From the human T2T-CHM13v2.0 reference genome, Homo sapiens: 64,000 nucleotides of DNA. Each line of letters starts with the position of its first letter. Within the stretch, counting starts at the first letter, position 1. The position numbers and the translations under genes are program-made. The stretch lies in assembly GCF_009914755.1 (NCBI RefSeq), contig NC_060941.1; one strand, 5' to 3'. The notes under the pieces were generated by a model, which did no database searches, was not told where the DNA came from, and saw only the letters and a list, made by a program, of their open reading frames with translations. This document shows, in pieces, positions 1 to 16,215 of the stretch.

Positions 1-230
1 GAGTCAGGAGGATTGCTTGAGCCCAGGAGGTTGAGGCCACAGTGAGCTATGATCGTGTCACTGCACTCCAGCCTGGGTGATGGAGTGAAATCCTGTCTCA
101 AAAAAAAAAGGAGATTGGAATCTCATCATTTTTTTTCTCCCTTTGGTGCTAATGAAGGATTTTTGTGCTGTCCAAGCATAAGAGGCAACCTGAGAAATGG
201 GATTGTATTTAGTTATTTATTTTAAGATGA

Positions 231-440
<210 letters not shown>

Positions 441-2382
441 TGATCCACCTGCCTCGGCCTCCCAAAGTGCTGGGATTACAAAGTGCGTGGGTGGCACCCA
501 GGCAGAAATGGGATTTAGATGTCAGTCATCAAAATGGTTGATGCAACCATCGTTCAGGAGGCTCACCCAGCCAGGGATGTGTGATGGCTGCAGTTTCAGG
601 TGCCTGCAATCTTATCCCGCCTACTCCAGCTTCATCTCCAACCCTCTCCTCATGTTCCTCACATTGCACATGTTTCTGTTCCTTGAACATATGCTTTTCC
701 CTGCCTCAGGGCCTTTGCACTGGCTGTTGCCTCTTATTGGCGAGGTCTCTCCTCAGGCTTCAAGCAGCTGATCGCTTCTCATCCTTCTGGCCTCCACTCA
801 AATACCATGTCCTCAGAGAGGCCTTTCCTGACCGTGCTCTCCAACATTGCCTTCCTACCCCATGCACATCTCCTACCCATTCTCCTGTTCTGTTTCCATG
901 ACCTGTATCACTGTTGAAATGATCTTCTTTGTTTACTTCTTTGTTGCCTGTCTCTCCCACTGGAATATTGCCTCCTTACAGCAGCCTCCTTATCTGTCTT
1001 ATTTATGTCTTCAGTGGCTAAAACAATGCCTGGCACATGGTAGGTGCTCAAACAATAATTGTTCACGTACTTGGATTCCTGGATCTAAACTTCTAGGTGT
1101 GCACACATGGGTTGACCCGAGCATGAGAGCTGGAACTAGACTGCCTTGGTCTGTTACTTGCTAGCTCTGGGACACTGTGCTAGTTATTAAACCTTGCTGG
1201 ACCTTAGTATGCTTATCTCTGCAATGGGAAAATAATGGCACCTACATCACAGGGCTATGGTGAGGAGGAAATAAGTTAGGTCATATAAGGCAGCAAAAGG
1301 GTCCCTGGCATGTATTGGTGCTTGATGGGTGCTAGCTCTTATGATTCCCTATGACACCGGCCCTGCTCCCCTGTTCGTCACAATTCCCTCCTCTGGCTGG
1401 AGGGTGAGGCCTGTTTTCTCAGCGTCTGTTCCAAAAGCACCTTGCTCTATCTATTCCCAGACTCTCACCCTTCCCCAGGTTGAGCTGTAGGACTCATCTG
1501 GCTTCTTAGAATCTGCTTGTTTCTTCTCATTCCTAGACCAAATCCCCAAGTCAACACCTAAAGGTCTCAGTAACATTTCCCTTTTAGTTTGTGGCCAGCG
1601 CACACGATTCGTTTTTTGTTTGTTTTTAACCTGGTTGCAGGAGATGTGATTTGCCCATTTTTGCACAGAAAGGGCACCATCCGTACCACAATTATGATGT
1701 CGTTATTTGTTAAAGGAAGAAAGGAATCTGGGGGAAGAAAAGCAGAATCTTTCGGTGACTTCATATTTTGGTATCCCTTTTCAGACTTCTAAACTCTATT
1801 TACATGGAGATAAAATAGGGATTATGGCCTAAAATCCCACAGCCTTAAGCCCATTTACAGTAGCCCAGGTCAAAGAGCATTCATGTCACCATATCCCTTT
1901 GGGAGAAACTGAGGCCGAGAGAGACGAAGTGTTTTTACTGTTATAATCAGCTCTCTGCCATGTGGGGGTCGATTATGTGGTTTGTGGGTTTGCTAGCTCA
2001 AAGATTGACTACATGAAAAATAATGATGAACTGTTTTGTTTTTTTTTTTTTGTATGTGAAAAACCCAAAGCTACTGCAAATCAGCAAACATCTCTTTATC
2101 AGAGGGCGTTGTCGTTTAGGGCCCCCAGTGTTGAGAGATTGCTCATGTATGCACCGCAAGGCCCCAAGTCCCCTCGCACATGTCAGTAGGTTAAGCAGCC
2201 AACCTATTTTGCCGTTGACCTTGTGGGATGTCATTTTGCCAATGTCCTTTGTAGATCTGAGCTGGGCTGTGCTGTTGAACACTTATCAGTTTAAAAATGA
2301 TAAGATAGCCAGAAGATAATTGAAATGAAATTTAAATGAAAATGTCAGGGACTTAGTAATCAACTAAAACTTAAAAATGTTA

Positions 2383-2754
<372 letters not shown>

Positions 2755-5590
2755 TTAAAAAAGAGAAGAGGACCAATGCATTCTGTTGGCATCATTTCCA
2801 GCTCTTCATGCAGTCTGAAATTAGTTAAGATAACTCTGAGAGCTCGGTGAATAACCCTGATGATACAACACTAGTTTGGTTCTTGCTGGCAGCACATCTC
2901 AGACCCAGGGAAAGCCAGTGCTGGTTTCACCTGTGATAAACAAGTGACATTATTTCTTGAAAATTCTCAGGCTGGGAAGTGCCTTGCATATGACTCCTGG
3001 CTGGGTGGCTGGATTCAGGCAATGGCCTAGGATTTCTGAATGGGGATTTGAGCTCCTGGGCAGTAATGACTCACAGGTCTCTTGGGAGAGAGACAGAGAA
3101 TGCCCAGTGATCGTGAGAGAGAGGTGGCCACAGGCAGCGAAGCCCAGATACTTCCCATTTGCTTGAACTGTCTGCCAGGCTGACTCAGAGGTGCAGGTGA
3201 CAGCACACTGTAATCATGTTTACTTATGTACGTTGATTTGCAATATGTTAACTTTGTGCCTTGATCTCATTTCTTCTCTGCTTTCCCCCTTCTCTACCCC
3301 TGGTTTAATTTTGAGTCAAGTCAATGCTGCTGCTGCTAGGAGTTACGGGCAGTGGCTTAGCTCGGAATCAAAGATCAATATTTGCCACAGGAAGGTCAGG
3401 GGCTCCCAGGGACTTGAGGCTGTTTCTAAAACGGGCCTCAGTGAGCAATGAATTGAGCTGTCAATTTAGTTGAACACTTGGCTTGATTTGTGTTCTCAGA
3501 ATTGGCTTTTTGCAAGAGTTCATGCACCCTGTTACCTCTCAGACCTCTTTTTCTCAGCCACCCTGCTGCCTTGGGGATTTGGCAGTAACCTAATGGAAGA
3601 TGCGAACCAGGTTGGCAGTCACACTGCAGGGGATTGTGATGAGGTCTTGATATCTGGTGGACAGTATGGGGACGAGGGCAGAAAGGACAGTCTAAACAAG
3701 ACCAATATTAGGGAGAGCAGGCCGCTTCCTCTTTCATGTAATTCCTTTTCAGCTGTATTCCTAACCCTGACAGTAACTCAGATTCAGGGTTGGGAGGACC
3801 CTCACTGGAGAGAAATCCTCTTGTCCTCTGACCTTCACCATTATCCCCTAGAGGCCAGCTTTGGGAGGTCCCATCCTGACTTCTCTTTGTAAGCTCTCGG
3901 CATGGTGGGACAGGCGACTTTATGTTTTTGCACTTGAGTAAATAGGTCAAATAGAATCAAAATCATGTCATGCCCACCTTTCAACTGGGGCCAGGTAAGT
4001 GCTGAACAAAAGGGACTTCAGGTTTTTACCTCATGGCTCTGTTTGATAGATGGGGACAGGCAGGAACACAATGACCTAGATGGTAGCCAATCTTAGAGAA
4101 AAGAAAAGGAACTGAAATATTAACCAGTGGGGCCTTGGTGCCAGCCTGCTTAACCAACTGCAAGCTCAAAGTAGCCTGTCCAATTGCTATTAATAGTTCC
4201 TCTTTTAAGCCTCCCAAATACAGTCATTCAACAGTGAATCTCTACGAAGAGGAGGACGTGAGACAACTGCTGGGAGACCCTAGCCAGCTCTGCCCTTAAG
4301 GGACCGATGGCCTGATGGCAAATAAAGACAAGAAAACCAGCCTTTAGAATGCAGGAGGGTAGTGTGCTGTGAGAGTGGAGACTCCTGCCATATCTCCTAC
4401 TCCTTTTGCTTTTATAACCTGAGGTAGATGTATCTGAATTGACAGCTTAGGGGATAGAACTAGCATATCACTTATAGATTGGTCTCAGTCAAGAAAGAGA
4501 AAGGCCCCTTGCTGGGCTTCTCACCTTTTAGGTGATAAAGCTTGCAGTGAGGAATCCTGTTAAAGATAGTGCCGTGGCTGGGTGCGGTGGCTGACGCCTG
4601 TAATCCAAACACTTTGGGAGGCCAAGGTGGGCAGACTACCTGAGCCCAGGAGTTCGAGACCAGCCTGGGCAACACGGTGAAATCCCATCTCTACTAAAAT
4701 GCAAAAGAAATTAGTCGGGCGTGATGGCGTGCGCCTGTAGTCCTAGCTACTCAGGAGGCTGAGACAGGCGAATCGCTTAGAACCTGGGAGTTGGAGGTTG
4801 CAGTGAGCCGAGATCGTGCCACTGCACTCTGGCCTAGGTGACAGAGCAAGACTCCGTCTTAAAAAAAAAAAAAAGATAGTGCCGTGGGGCTACAGGAAGA
4901 GAAAAGTCATTTCTCTAGAGCAAAGTCAAGAGGTCATGAGTAAAGATTATCTGTTAAGACTTGAATGCTGAGACTTAAAATGAAGGGAGAGGAGAGTGTT
5001 GTAGGCAGAAGGGAAGGCAAGAGAAAAGACCCAGACCTGATTCCTAGGATCTCCCTCGGGGCACTGTCCCAGGTGCTGGGAACACAGCTGTGATCCAGAC
5101 AACCAAAAGCCCTCACTCTCCGGGGGGTGTTGCATTCTAGCAGTTGAGTATGGCAGGGCTGGGAGTGTGAGACTGGATGGAGGGACTGGGCATCTGGTAC
5201 AGTGTGTCATATACATGTTTACAGGATTGGACATGATCCTGCAAGCTGTGGGGATCCTGAATGACTGAAGTCATCCACCTACATTTGAGAATTTGAGATG
5301 GGATTTTCCAGCTTACCAGGATGGCCCACCTGGGTGGCTGGAAGGGCGGGGGTCACGTTGCAGTGATCTCCAGGATGGCTTGACTCAGAATTGTGGCAAT
5401 GGAGAGAGATGTCAGATTCAGGAGGCTTATAGATGCCTATGTGTATGTCGCATTGTCGTATACCTTGTGTGTGTGCTTCCTTGAATGTGAATGTGCATAT
5501 ATATATGAGACTGTGAAAAGGAAAGGAGAAATTTGCCAAGGACCATAACCAAGCTCAGCTGCCAGGAATCCTTTCTGGAAAAGAACAAGA

Positions 5591-5780
5591 GGCTGGATGT
5601 GGTGACGTGCGGTGGCTACTTAGGAGGCCACCCAGGAGGCTGAGACAGGAGGATCGCTTGAGCCCAGGAATTTGAGGCTGCAGTGCACTATCCTTGCTCC
5701 TGTAAATAGTCACTGCACTCCAGCCTGGACAACATAGCAAGACCCCATCTCAAAAAAAGGAGAAAGAAACAAAAAGAAAA
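5591..5780 (+). mobile_element. FAM-type fossil Alu monomer (7SL-derived)
   Basis: Single monomer that keeps the 7SL-like cctgtaaatagtcactgcactccagcc segment, with an A-rich tail. Confidence 0.7.
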
Positions 5781-7081
5781 AGAGTATAAATGGATTAATG
5801 AATGAATGAGTAGACGAAAGGCACCAAGTTCACTATTTGCTGCCACATTTGCTTGTAGCTTACAAAGGGCCTGCGTATCCATGATCTCAATGATCTCACT
5901 TGACAACCTTCTGAGGAATAAGTCAGCTGTGTTCCCATTTAACAGAAGGCAATGTGGAGGCTGGGCTGAGCTGGTTCTCTGAGTTTTATTTCAGCTACTT
6001 TCCAGTTCCCATCTCCCAACCCTGTCCCTTTACACACAAAGGCCGCAGCAAAAGATTTTAAAAACCTATTTTCACGTCCATGCCTTTAAATTATGAATGG
6101 AACAAGGACAGTTTTTATTCCAGTCAGAGTTGCCACAGAACACCCCATCATCTATTTTAAATTCCTTGTAAATGAAGGCTGGACACGCTTAACTTTGCAA
6201 CGTTATGTCTCTCCGGGGCTTTTGTGGCAGCCTTTCCAGTGCTAGCCTTCCCTGATTCTAATACACATAATTTATGCAATGGCAAGTTGCTTTGGTTTCT
6301 GTCTGGCTGTGTCTTAATTTGCGTTGATTTTCTTGTTAACAGGCTGCTGTAATGTCTGGCTCTGTATTTCCAGCTTTGCTTTACAATGTATTTTCAGACT
6401 TTAATTAGGACCCCTGATGATGAACTGGCCTGAGCCTGCCCAGATAGACTTGGGAGGAAAGAAAGCTTTCCAAATAACAAGGTCATTTTATTGCTTATTA
6501 ATTAGTCCAACTAAATGGAGACAGTGGCCAGGAGGGGGAAAAAAGGTGACGTGCAGGCCAGTTCATAAAGCTGCATTTTTGGGGGTGGGTACAGCGTCTC
6601 CAAAGAATTGCAAATAAAGGAAACGAGATTGTTTCTGAGAGTTAAGCTATGAACTTTAACACACTGTGGGGAAGGAATTGAGCCCTGAAAGCATCCGCTT
6701 AAGTGATTACATGAAGAATGAACTGACATGTTTTTTCCAATCAAACCACCTGAGTTTCTCTAAGTTTTGTTTGTTCACCAGATATTGCTGGGGCAGCCCT
6801 GCCCCACCAAGGTGCTGTGCTTGGGGCTGGAGTTGCAACTCTAAGCCCCATCTCATGAAACCTACACCCGGCAAAGGAACTCAAAACTGCATCCCACTGT
6901 AGAAATGTACGATAGCTGGCCGGGCGCGGTGGCTCATGCCTATAATCCCAGCACTCTGGGAGGCTGAGGCAGGCGGATCACAAGGTCAAGAGATCGAGAC
7001 CATCCTGGCCAACCCCATCTCTACTAAAAATACAAAAATTAGCTGGGCATGGTGTTGCGTGCCTGTAGTCCCAGCTACTCA

Positions 7082-7273
<192 letters not shown>

Positions 7274-7348
7274 TTACATTTAGGGCCACTGTTAAAATTG
7301 GGCAAGCAGGGATAACATTCAGGCAGTGTGTTTTTGGCACTGACCAGC

Positions 7349-8291
7349 CATATTAGTCAGCTTGGGTTGCTGTAACAAATACAACAGACTGTATGGCTTA
7401 AACAATAAATGTTTATTTCTCACAGTTCTGGAGGCTAAAGTCCAACATCAGGGTACTAGCATGGTCAGGTTTTGGTGAGGGCTCTTTCCTGGCTTGCAGA
7501 CGGCCCCCTTCTTGCTGTATTCTCACAAGGAGAATACAGTTCAAGACCAGCCTGGTCAACATAGCAAGACCCCATCTCTACAATAATAATAAATTAATAA
7601 GAGAGGGCTCTCTCTCTCTCTCTCTCTGATGTTATCATCCTAATTATTGGAAGACATGGAGGGTCTGGGAGGAGAACTGGTTATTTTTTTTTTGGAGTGA
7701 ACAGATTTCGAATTAACATCTAGTTGGTGCCATATCCTATCAGTGTGACTTATAAATTCTCTCATTTGATCCTTGCAGGGATTTTATAAGATTAGCATTA
7801 TTATCCTCACTTACATATGAGTAAAATGAAGTTCAGATAGTTTGAGTCACTGCAGACTCTAATTTATAAATTCTAGGTCTGAGAAGTCAATGAAAACTAG
7901 GAAAAGGACTCAAATTAACTTGACTTTACCCCAAAGCCATAGACATACTTAATGAGAGAGAGAGAAAGAACCCTCTTATTAATTAATTAATCATTATTAT
8001 TGTAAAGATGGGCTCTTGCTATGTTGCCGAGGCTGATTTTGAACTCCTGGGCTCAAGCAGTCCTTCCACTTCACCTTCCCAAAATGCTGGGATTATAGGT
8101 ATGAGGCACCACTCCCAGCCAAGTCCTCTTTTCACAAATGCACTTATCTCATCATGGAAGCTGATGGAACCCTCATAACCTTATCTAAATCTAATTACCA
8201 CCTAAAGGGCCCATGTCCACATATGGACACACTGGGGATTCGGGTTTCCACATATGAATTTCGGAGGGACACAAACATTCAGTCCATGGAA
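7349..8291 (-). mobile_element. MLT1A-like MaLR LTR, interrupted by a roughly 420-bp insert and a FLAM
   Basis: tattagtcagcttgggttgctgtaacaaatac... at the left end and ...gggacacaaacattcagtccat at the right end. Near-TSD ccagc/ccagg. Confidence 0.7.
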
Positions 8292-8354
8292 CCAGGCAAG
8301 AGGAAATGGTGGCTCAACAGCCTTTGAGTATCCCAGACCCACTGTCAAAGATCA

Positions 8355-8688
<334 letters not shown>

Positions 8689-9613
8689 TCAAGCTTCACA
8701 AAGTAAAGGACTTTTTTGATGCTCCATTTGAATTCTCTTAGCATTAACGAAGTCCACACTCACTAAGGCAAACTTCAGATTCTGATTTCCTGTGTAGCTT
8801 GTGCACAGGAAGAAAACATGTTGACCACGCTGACATTCTGGTTCCTGTACCCATCCTTGGAAGTCAGATGGGTCGTGGGCATTCCTGCCTCTTTCTTGGG
8901 CTCACATGGTTTGTGTGGATGTGAGTCAGGCTCTCGGGGCTGGCACCACCAAGCATGACTCTCAGGACCTTCCCAGCCAAAGACTGGCTCCTGTAACACG
9001 ATGACCTAGTTAATACGATACCTCCTGCGGACCGGCCCAGCTCCAGACAACCTTCCCTCGCGTGGCTGTAGTGGAAAGGGCATAGGAATTTGGGTTGGAA
9101 AGGCCTGGGTTCAAATTCTGGCTTTGCCATTTCCTCCCTGTAGGGGTCTGCAGTCTTCAATATGGCACCGTGATGAGACAGGCCTTGGCATAAGATGCAC
9201 TGAGCTCATACCAGCTATGTAGTCTTGGAAAGCTATTTAAACTCTCTCTGCCTCAGCTTCCTTCTCTGTAGAATGGGAATTTGGATGCCTGTTTTACAGA
9301 GTGTTTTAAAAGTTAGAAATATGTGTAACATGAGTAGAGTAGTAGCCACTTGGTACGTGTTAGATATTTTTGTTACTATAAGACAACGCTAATGCCTATT
9401 TATACCTTAGGTCTCAGCTTACACTTAACTTCTTTTGGGAAATGCTTTCCCAACACACAGGTATACACACTTGGTGCCCTTTGAGAACATCCTGTGCTTC
9501 ATGTTTCCCAAATCCTCTTACATAATGAAATTATCCACCTCCCTCACTGACCAGTGAGCAGCTTGAGGGCAGGGATTTGTCTTGTTCATTGATATATCCT
9601 GGATCACCTACAG

Positions 9614-10133
9614 CAGGGGTTCTCAACCCCCAGGCCACTGCACCAGTCCATGACTTGTTAGGAGCTGGGCCCTACAGCAGGAGGTGAGCGGCATGTGAGT
9701 GAAGCTTCATCTGTATTTACAGCCACTCCTCATCGCTTGCATTACCGCCTGAGCTCCGCCTCCTGTCAGATCAACAGCGGCATTAGATTCTCACAGGAGT
9801 GCGAGCCCTATTGTGAACTGCCCATGTGAGGGATCTAGGTTGCATGTTCCTTATAAGAATCTAATGCCTGATGATCTGTCAGTGGCTCCCATCACCCCCA
9901 GATGGGACCATCTAGTTGCAGGAAAACAAGCTCAGGGCTCCCACTTGTTCTACATTATGGTGAGTTGTGTAATTATTTCATTATATATTACAATATAATA
10001 ATAATAGAAATAAAGTGCACAATAAATGTAATGCATTTGAATCATCTCGAAACCATCCCTCCCAACCCCTGTCTGTGGAAAAACTGTCTTCCATGAAACT
10101 GGTCCCTGGTACCAGGAAGGTGGGGGATAGCTG
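9614..10133 (+). mobile_element. MER1A (hAT-Charlie) DNA transposon, full length
   Basis: CAGGGGTTCTCAACC ... GGTGGGGGATAGCTG termini, with an 8-bp TSD ACCTACAG at 9606-9613 and 10134-10141. Confidence 0.88.
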
Positions 10134-10556
10134 ACCTACAGTATAATAGCCAGGACTCTCTGGTTGTAAGTGACGGAAACCCAACTCAATCAACCTAAAC
10201 ACAAAAGAGGCACAGGTGGGGCTCTTGAACTAAGCCCCTGAGAGCCTCCATTTTTTCCTCTGTGCTTCTGAGCCAGTTGGCCCATTCTTTCAAGTTCCTC
10301 CATGTGATAGTCAAGGAAGCCCTTACCCTTCTGGGGTTGCCTGCTTATAGCTTGATATTCCAGAGGGGGAGAAAAGAGCTATTTCTCATTCTCTGGTTCA
10401 GAAAATTCCAAGTTTAAATTCACAATAGCCCTGCTTGGCTCATGGGTCATGGGCCAGTTCACCAAGGACAGAAGCTTGTGCTAGTTTGATTAGCATGCAG
10501 TGGAGTCCCACACTGCATTAGTATCCAGGTGGGACATTACATGGGAAACTATCATT

Positions 10557-11398
<842 letters not shown>

Positions 11399-11845
11399 AC
11401 TTCTTGTGGTGGGTTGGGGTGGGTGGTTGTGCATCAAGCAACAGTCGTCAGCAGCCCCATGAGTCATGTGGAAGGAGTGGCCAGAGAAAGAGTGGATGCT
11501 CTACAGCAAAACACAACTGATGGTAGCAATAGTCAGTGCTCAGACAACAGGCAGATGTCTACATTAGACATGAAAAGGCTGCAAGACAGTTTCACGTGCT
11601 TCCGAAGTCAAAGTCAGGGCTTATCCTCCTGGAGGGTAAGGAAAGACTTTGTGATAATAGTAGGTTCTGAAGGACAAGTAGGAGTTTGGAAGGGCAAGAA
11701 GAGGGTAATGCATTATTTAGCAGAGATACAACAGAGTTAACATGTTGAGCTGGAGAGTTGAGTGGGGCGTGGGGGAGGGAGGGATTCCAGATGTTCCAGG
11801 AAAAAGAATACTGTTGAGCTGGACCCTGGAGACACGCAGGGAGGT

Positions 11846-12320
11846 GTACTCGTTTTGAGGCCTGCTGTAACACAGTACCACAAATTGAGTAGCTTACAAC
11901 CACCAAAATATATTATCTTACAATGCTGGAGTCTAGAAGTTCAAGATCAAGGTGTTGGCAGAGCCACACTCCCTCCACAGCGCTAGGAGAAGTTCCTTCC
12001 TTTCCTCTTCCAGCTTTTGGTAGCTCCAGGCATTCCTTGGCTTGTGCTGGCATCATTTTCATCTCTGCCTCTTCTTCACATGGCCATCTTCCCTCTGTGT
12101 GTCTCTGTGTCTTCGCAGCATTCTCTTCTCTGTGTCTCTCTGCTCTTCTAAAATAAGGACAACAGTTACATTGCATCAAGACCCACTCTACTTCGGTATA
12201 ATCTCATCTTAACTTAAAATTACCTCTGCAATCACCCTTTTTCTAATTACATTCACATTCTAAGGTAGAGGGCTCAGGACTTCAACATATCTTTTGGGGG
12301 GACGCAGCCCAACCCACAGC
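11846..12320 (-). mobile_element. MLT1C-like MaLR LTR
   Basis: gctgtaacacagtaccacaaattgagtagctta...agaagttcaagatcaaggtgttggcag...ttttggggggacgcagcccaaccc. Confidence 0.7.
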
Positions 12321-13425
12321 AAGCAGCCATGGCTCAGAGGCTGATAGGTAGGTTGAGCCAGAGCATGACGGGTTATGGTGGCTGAGACTTGGGGCTACAA
12401 AATGGCATGACCAATCAGCGTGCTACCATGGGTTAGAGAGAGTGCTTCGGGTGAGGGACAACCATCATTTTGATCCTGGGTGGCGTCATTGGGAATGAGG
12501 AGGATCTGAAGGATGCAGGAAGTGGCAGAGAGACTTGAAGATAATGCCTTGGTCTCTACTGCCTCAGTGCCACTGCTTGACCAGGAGGGGGTGGTCACAG
12601 CTTTTGGAGGGAGAATGCTGAGCTTGGTTCAGTGCATGTTGAGTCTGAGTTGACATGTGACATACGTGTGGCAGTGTACATGATACCAGGATAGCAGCAG
12701 CAGCATCGAAATGCCACTCACCCCCAGAGTTCCATCCACTCACATCCCGCTCACTTATTGCCCCTCCACACACTGAAATGTTCTCTTTCTCCCATTTAGC
12801 TGGTGATGGCAGTCATCATGTTGCCTGCCATGAATTTTAAAAACCTACTCTGTGCTGGATGCTTTGCTAATTACTTTATGTACATCACCTTATGGAATTC
12901 TTCAAATAACTTGATGAGATAGGTCTGATTATGCCCATTTTGCAGAAGAAGATAACTGAGGCTTAGATTGAGTTACCTGTCTAGTCTCACACTAGACAGA
13001 GTTGGGGTCGTATTTGGACCCAGGCTTGTCTTTCCGTGCCTTTAATTTTCTTATCACTCTGCCTCCCATAGCATTTTCTTTGTATTTCTCAGATAGGGCT
13101 CATCTTATTTTCTCTTATTATCCACATATGACAGTTCTGCTAGAGTATAAACTCGTTGATGGAAAGGGCTGTAGCTCCCCAGCTAGCTCTGTCGTGGTTG
13201 GTTGAACTAGACCAGGAGCTTGTAGGTGAAAGGTTTGAGATGGCAGGTGATACGCATGTGTCTGTTTGGAGGCAGAGAGATGAACAAAGGGAGGGATGTC
13301 CAGTGGTGTCTTCAGGTCTACATGCCTAGATGCTGGAGGGATGAAGTCATGGGACCTGCAGAGAACCCAGCTGAGGAAGCCAGTGTCGATGCAGGCTATG
13401 GCTTTCCCACCAGACTGGAAGAAAC

Positions 13426-13944
13426 AGGTCTTACGAGGTAGAGTGCAGGACCTGAGCTGCTGATGGTGGAAAAACAGCATTCTTGAGGTCTGGAATTACA
13501 CCCCAGGGCAGTGATGAGACTAGGCAGACATACCTCTGCTCTTGTGGAACTCTAATCTGGATAAGGGAGCCAGCAGCAGCAAAAAGACAAATCCCTGAAC
13601 AAGATAAAGTCAGATATGATAAGGGTTAGGGACAAACTCGAACAGTGCTGCTGCGGGTGTAGCCGGGTCAGGGAGACCTCCCCAGGAGGTGAAATGAGAG
13701 CTGAAGTCCAGCTGACCAAGAGGGGCCAGCCATGTGGAGACCAGAGCAGAGTGATTAGGACAGAGGGAACAAGAAAAGGGCCTGAGGCCAGAACCAGCTG
13801 GGGGTGTTCTAGAAAAAGCAACTCACCTTGTCTGGCTGGACGGGAGAGAGCTTGGGGAGGAGGGGTTTGATGCCACACAGGGTCCAGATCACTGGGGTGG
13901 TGAGTTCCCACCTTTCCCGTGTCATGTCACATCTGGAAATTAGT
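13426..13944 (+). repeat. Local direct duplication, copy 2 (Alu-free)
   Basis: Colinear with 10557-11398 and contains the empty site tctagaaaaagcaactcaccttg. Confidence 0.93.
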
Positions 13945-14283
13945 GATATTTGTGCCCCTTTCCAAGGACCTCCACTGAGGCTGGCAGTGGAGGGCTGTCT
14001 CCACATTGTGCTGTAAGGGGACTGCTTTCCGTGGAGCTGGGCGGGTAACAGACAGAGCCCACATTGGACAGCTCTGGTGCCTCGAGTTGCCCCAGGCCCC
14101 ACTGGCTGCCCCAGGGGCTGAGATGAGCACAGTCTAAGAAAACTTTTGGTTCATTTGGGCCTAACTGTGCTCCAGCTCCCCTGCTGGGAGGCTGTGATGG
14201 AGGGCCTGTAGACCGTGCTGACTTCGAATTTGCTTTGACTGCAATAAGAACCCATGAAAGGGTTTCCAGCCAGGGACTAATCG

Positions 14284-14466
14284 CAGGGGTGTCTAATCTT
14301 TTGGCTTCCCTGGGCCATGTTGGAAGAAGAATTGTCTTGGGCCACATATAAAATACTCTAACATTAACGATAACTGATAAGCTAAAAAAAATCACAAAAA
14401 AATCAATGTTTTAAGAAAGTTTATGAATTTGTGTTGGGCCGCATTCAAGCTATCCTGGGCTGTATG
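14284..14466 (+). mobile_element. MER30 (hAT) DNA transposon, truncated at one end
   Basis: caggggtgtctaatcttttggcttccctgggccatgttggaagaagaattgtcttgggccac. Confidence 0.8.
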
Positions 14467-14494
14467 TACTCATGCTAGGTGATAATCATTTTCA

Positions 14495-14920
<426 letters not shown>

Positions 14921-15476
14921 TCACCTCTGGACTGTGGTGTGAATGGTGGCCCTTGGGTTGTTTGACATGATGGCCCTAGGATCTGGGTACAAGGTGGTGG
15001 TAGCTTGGACCAGGACATGAGCAGATAGATGGAGAGAAATGGATAGATTCTGGATATATTTGGAAGTTGAGTTGATAGGACATGCTAATAATTTAGCTGT
15101 GGAGAGGCAGGAGGGAATGAGAGAAACCTCAGATGACTGTGACTTGAGTGACAGGGTGGGGGGTGCTATTTACTGAGAGGGAAGATTGGTATAGGAATAG
15201 CTGGTATGTAGGGAAAAATCTAAAGAAAGCCCAGATAAACTTGCAGAAACTGGCAAAGGAAGCAACCACATGCCACATGGGAGCGCTGTCTGGGGCCCTG
15301 AGACCAACAAGCAGTTTTCTCCTGGCCTGGGAAGCCCATTGGGCTGAGAGATTTAAGACAAGGCTGATGGCATTGTGGAGGGCTAGCTTTAGGGGCACTG
15401 TGGCCTGGGCAGTTGCACACTTAGACCCTGTGCTTGGTTGCAGGCTTTGCTGTCACTGTCTTAAAATTTTTAGTGA

Positions 15477-16211
<735 letters not shown>

Positions 16212-16215
16212 TGAC

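Noticed and set aside
5591-5780. Possible 7SL RNA gene
   Set aside because: Lacks the S domain, is degenerate and has an A tail, so it is a FAM fossil monomer.
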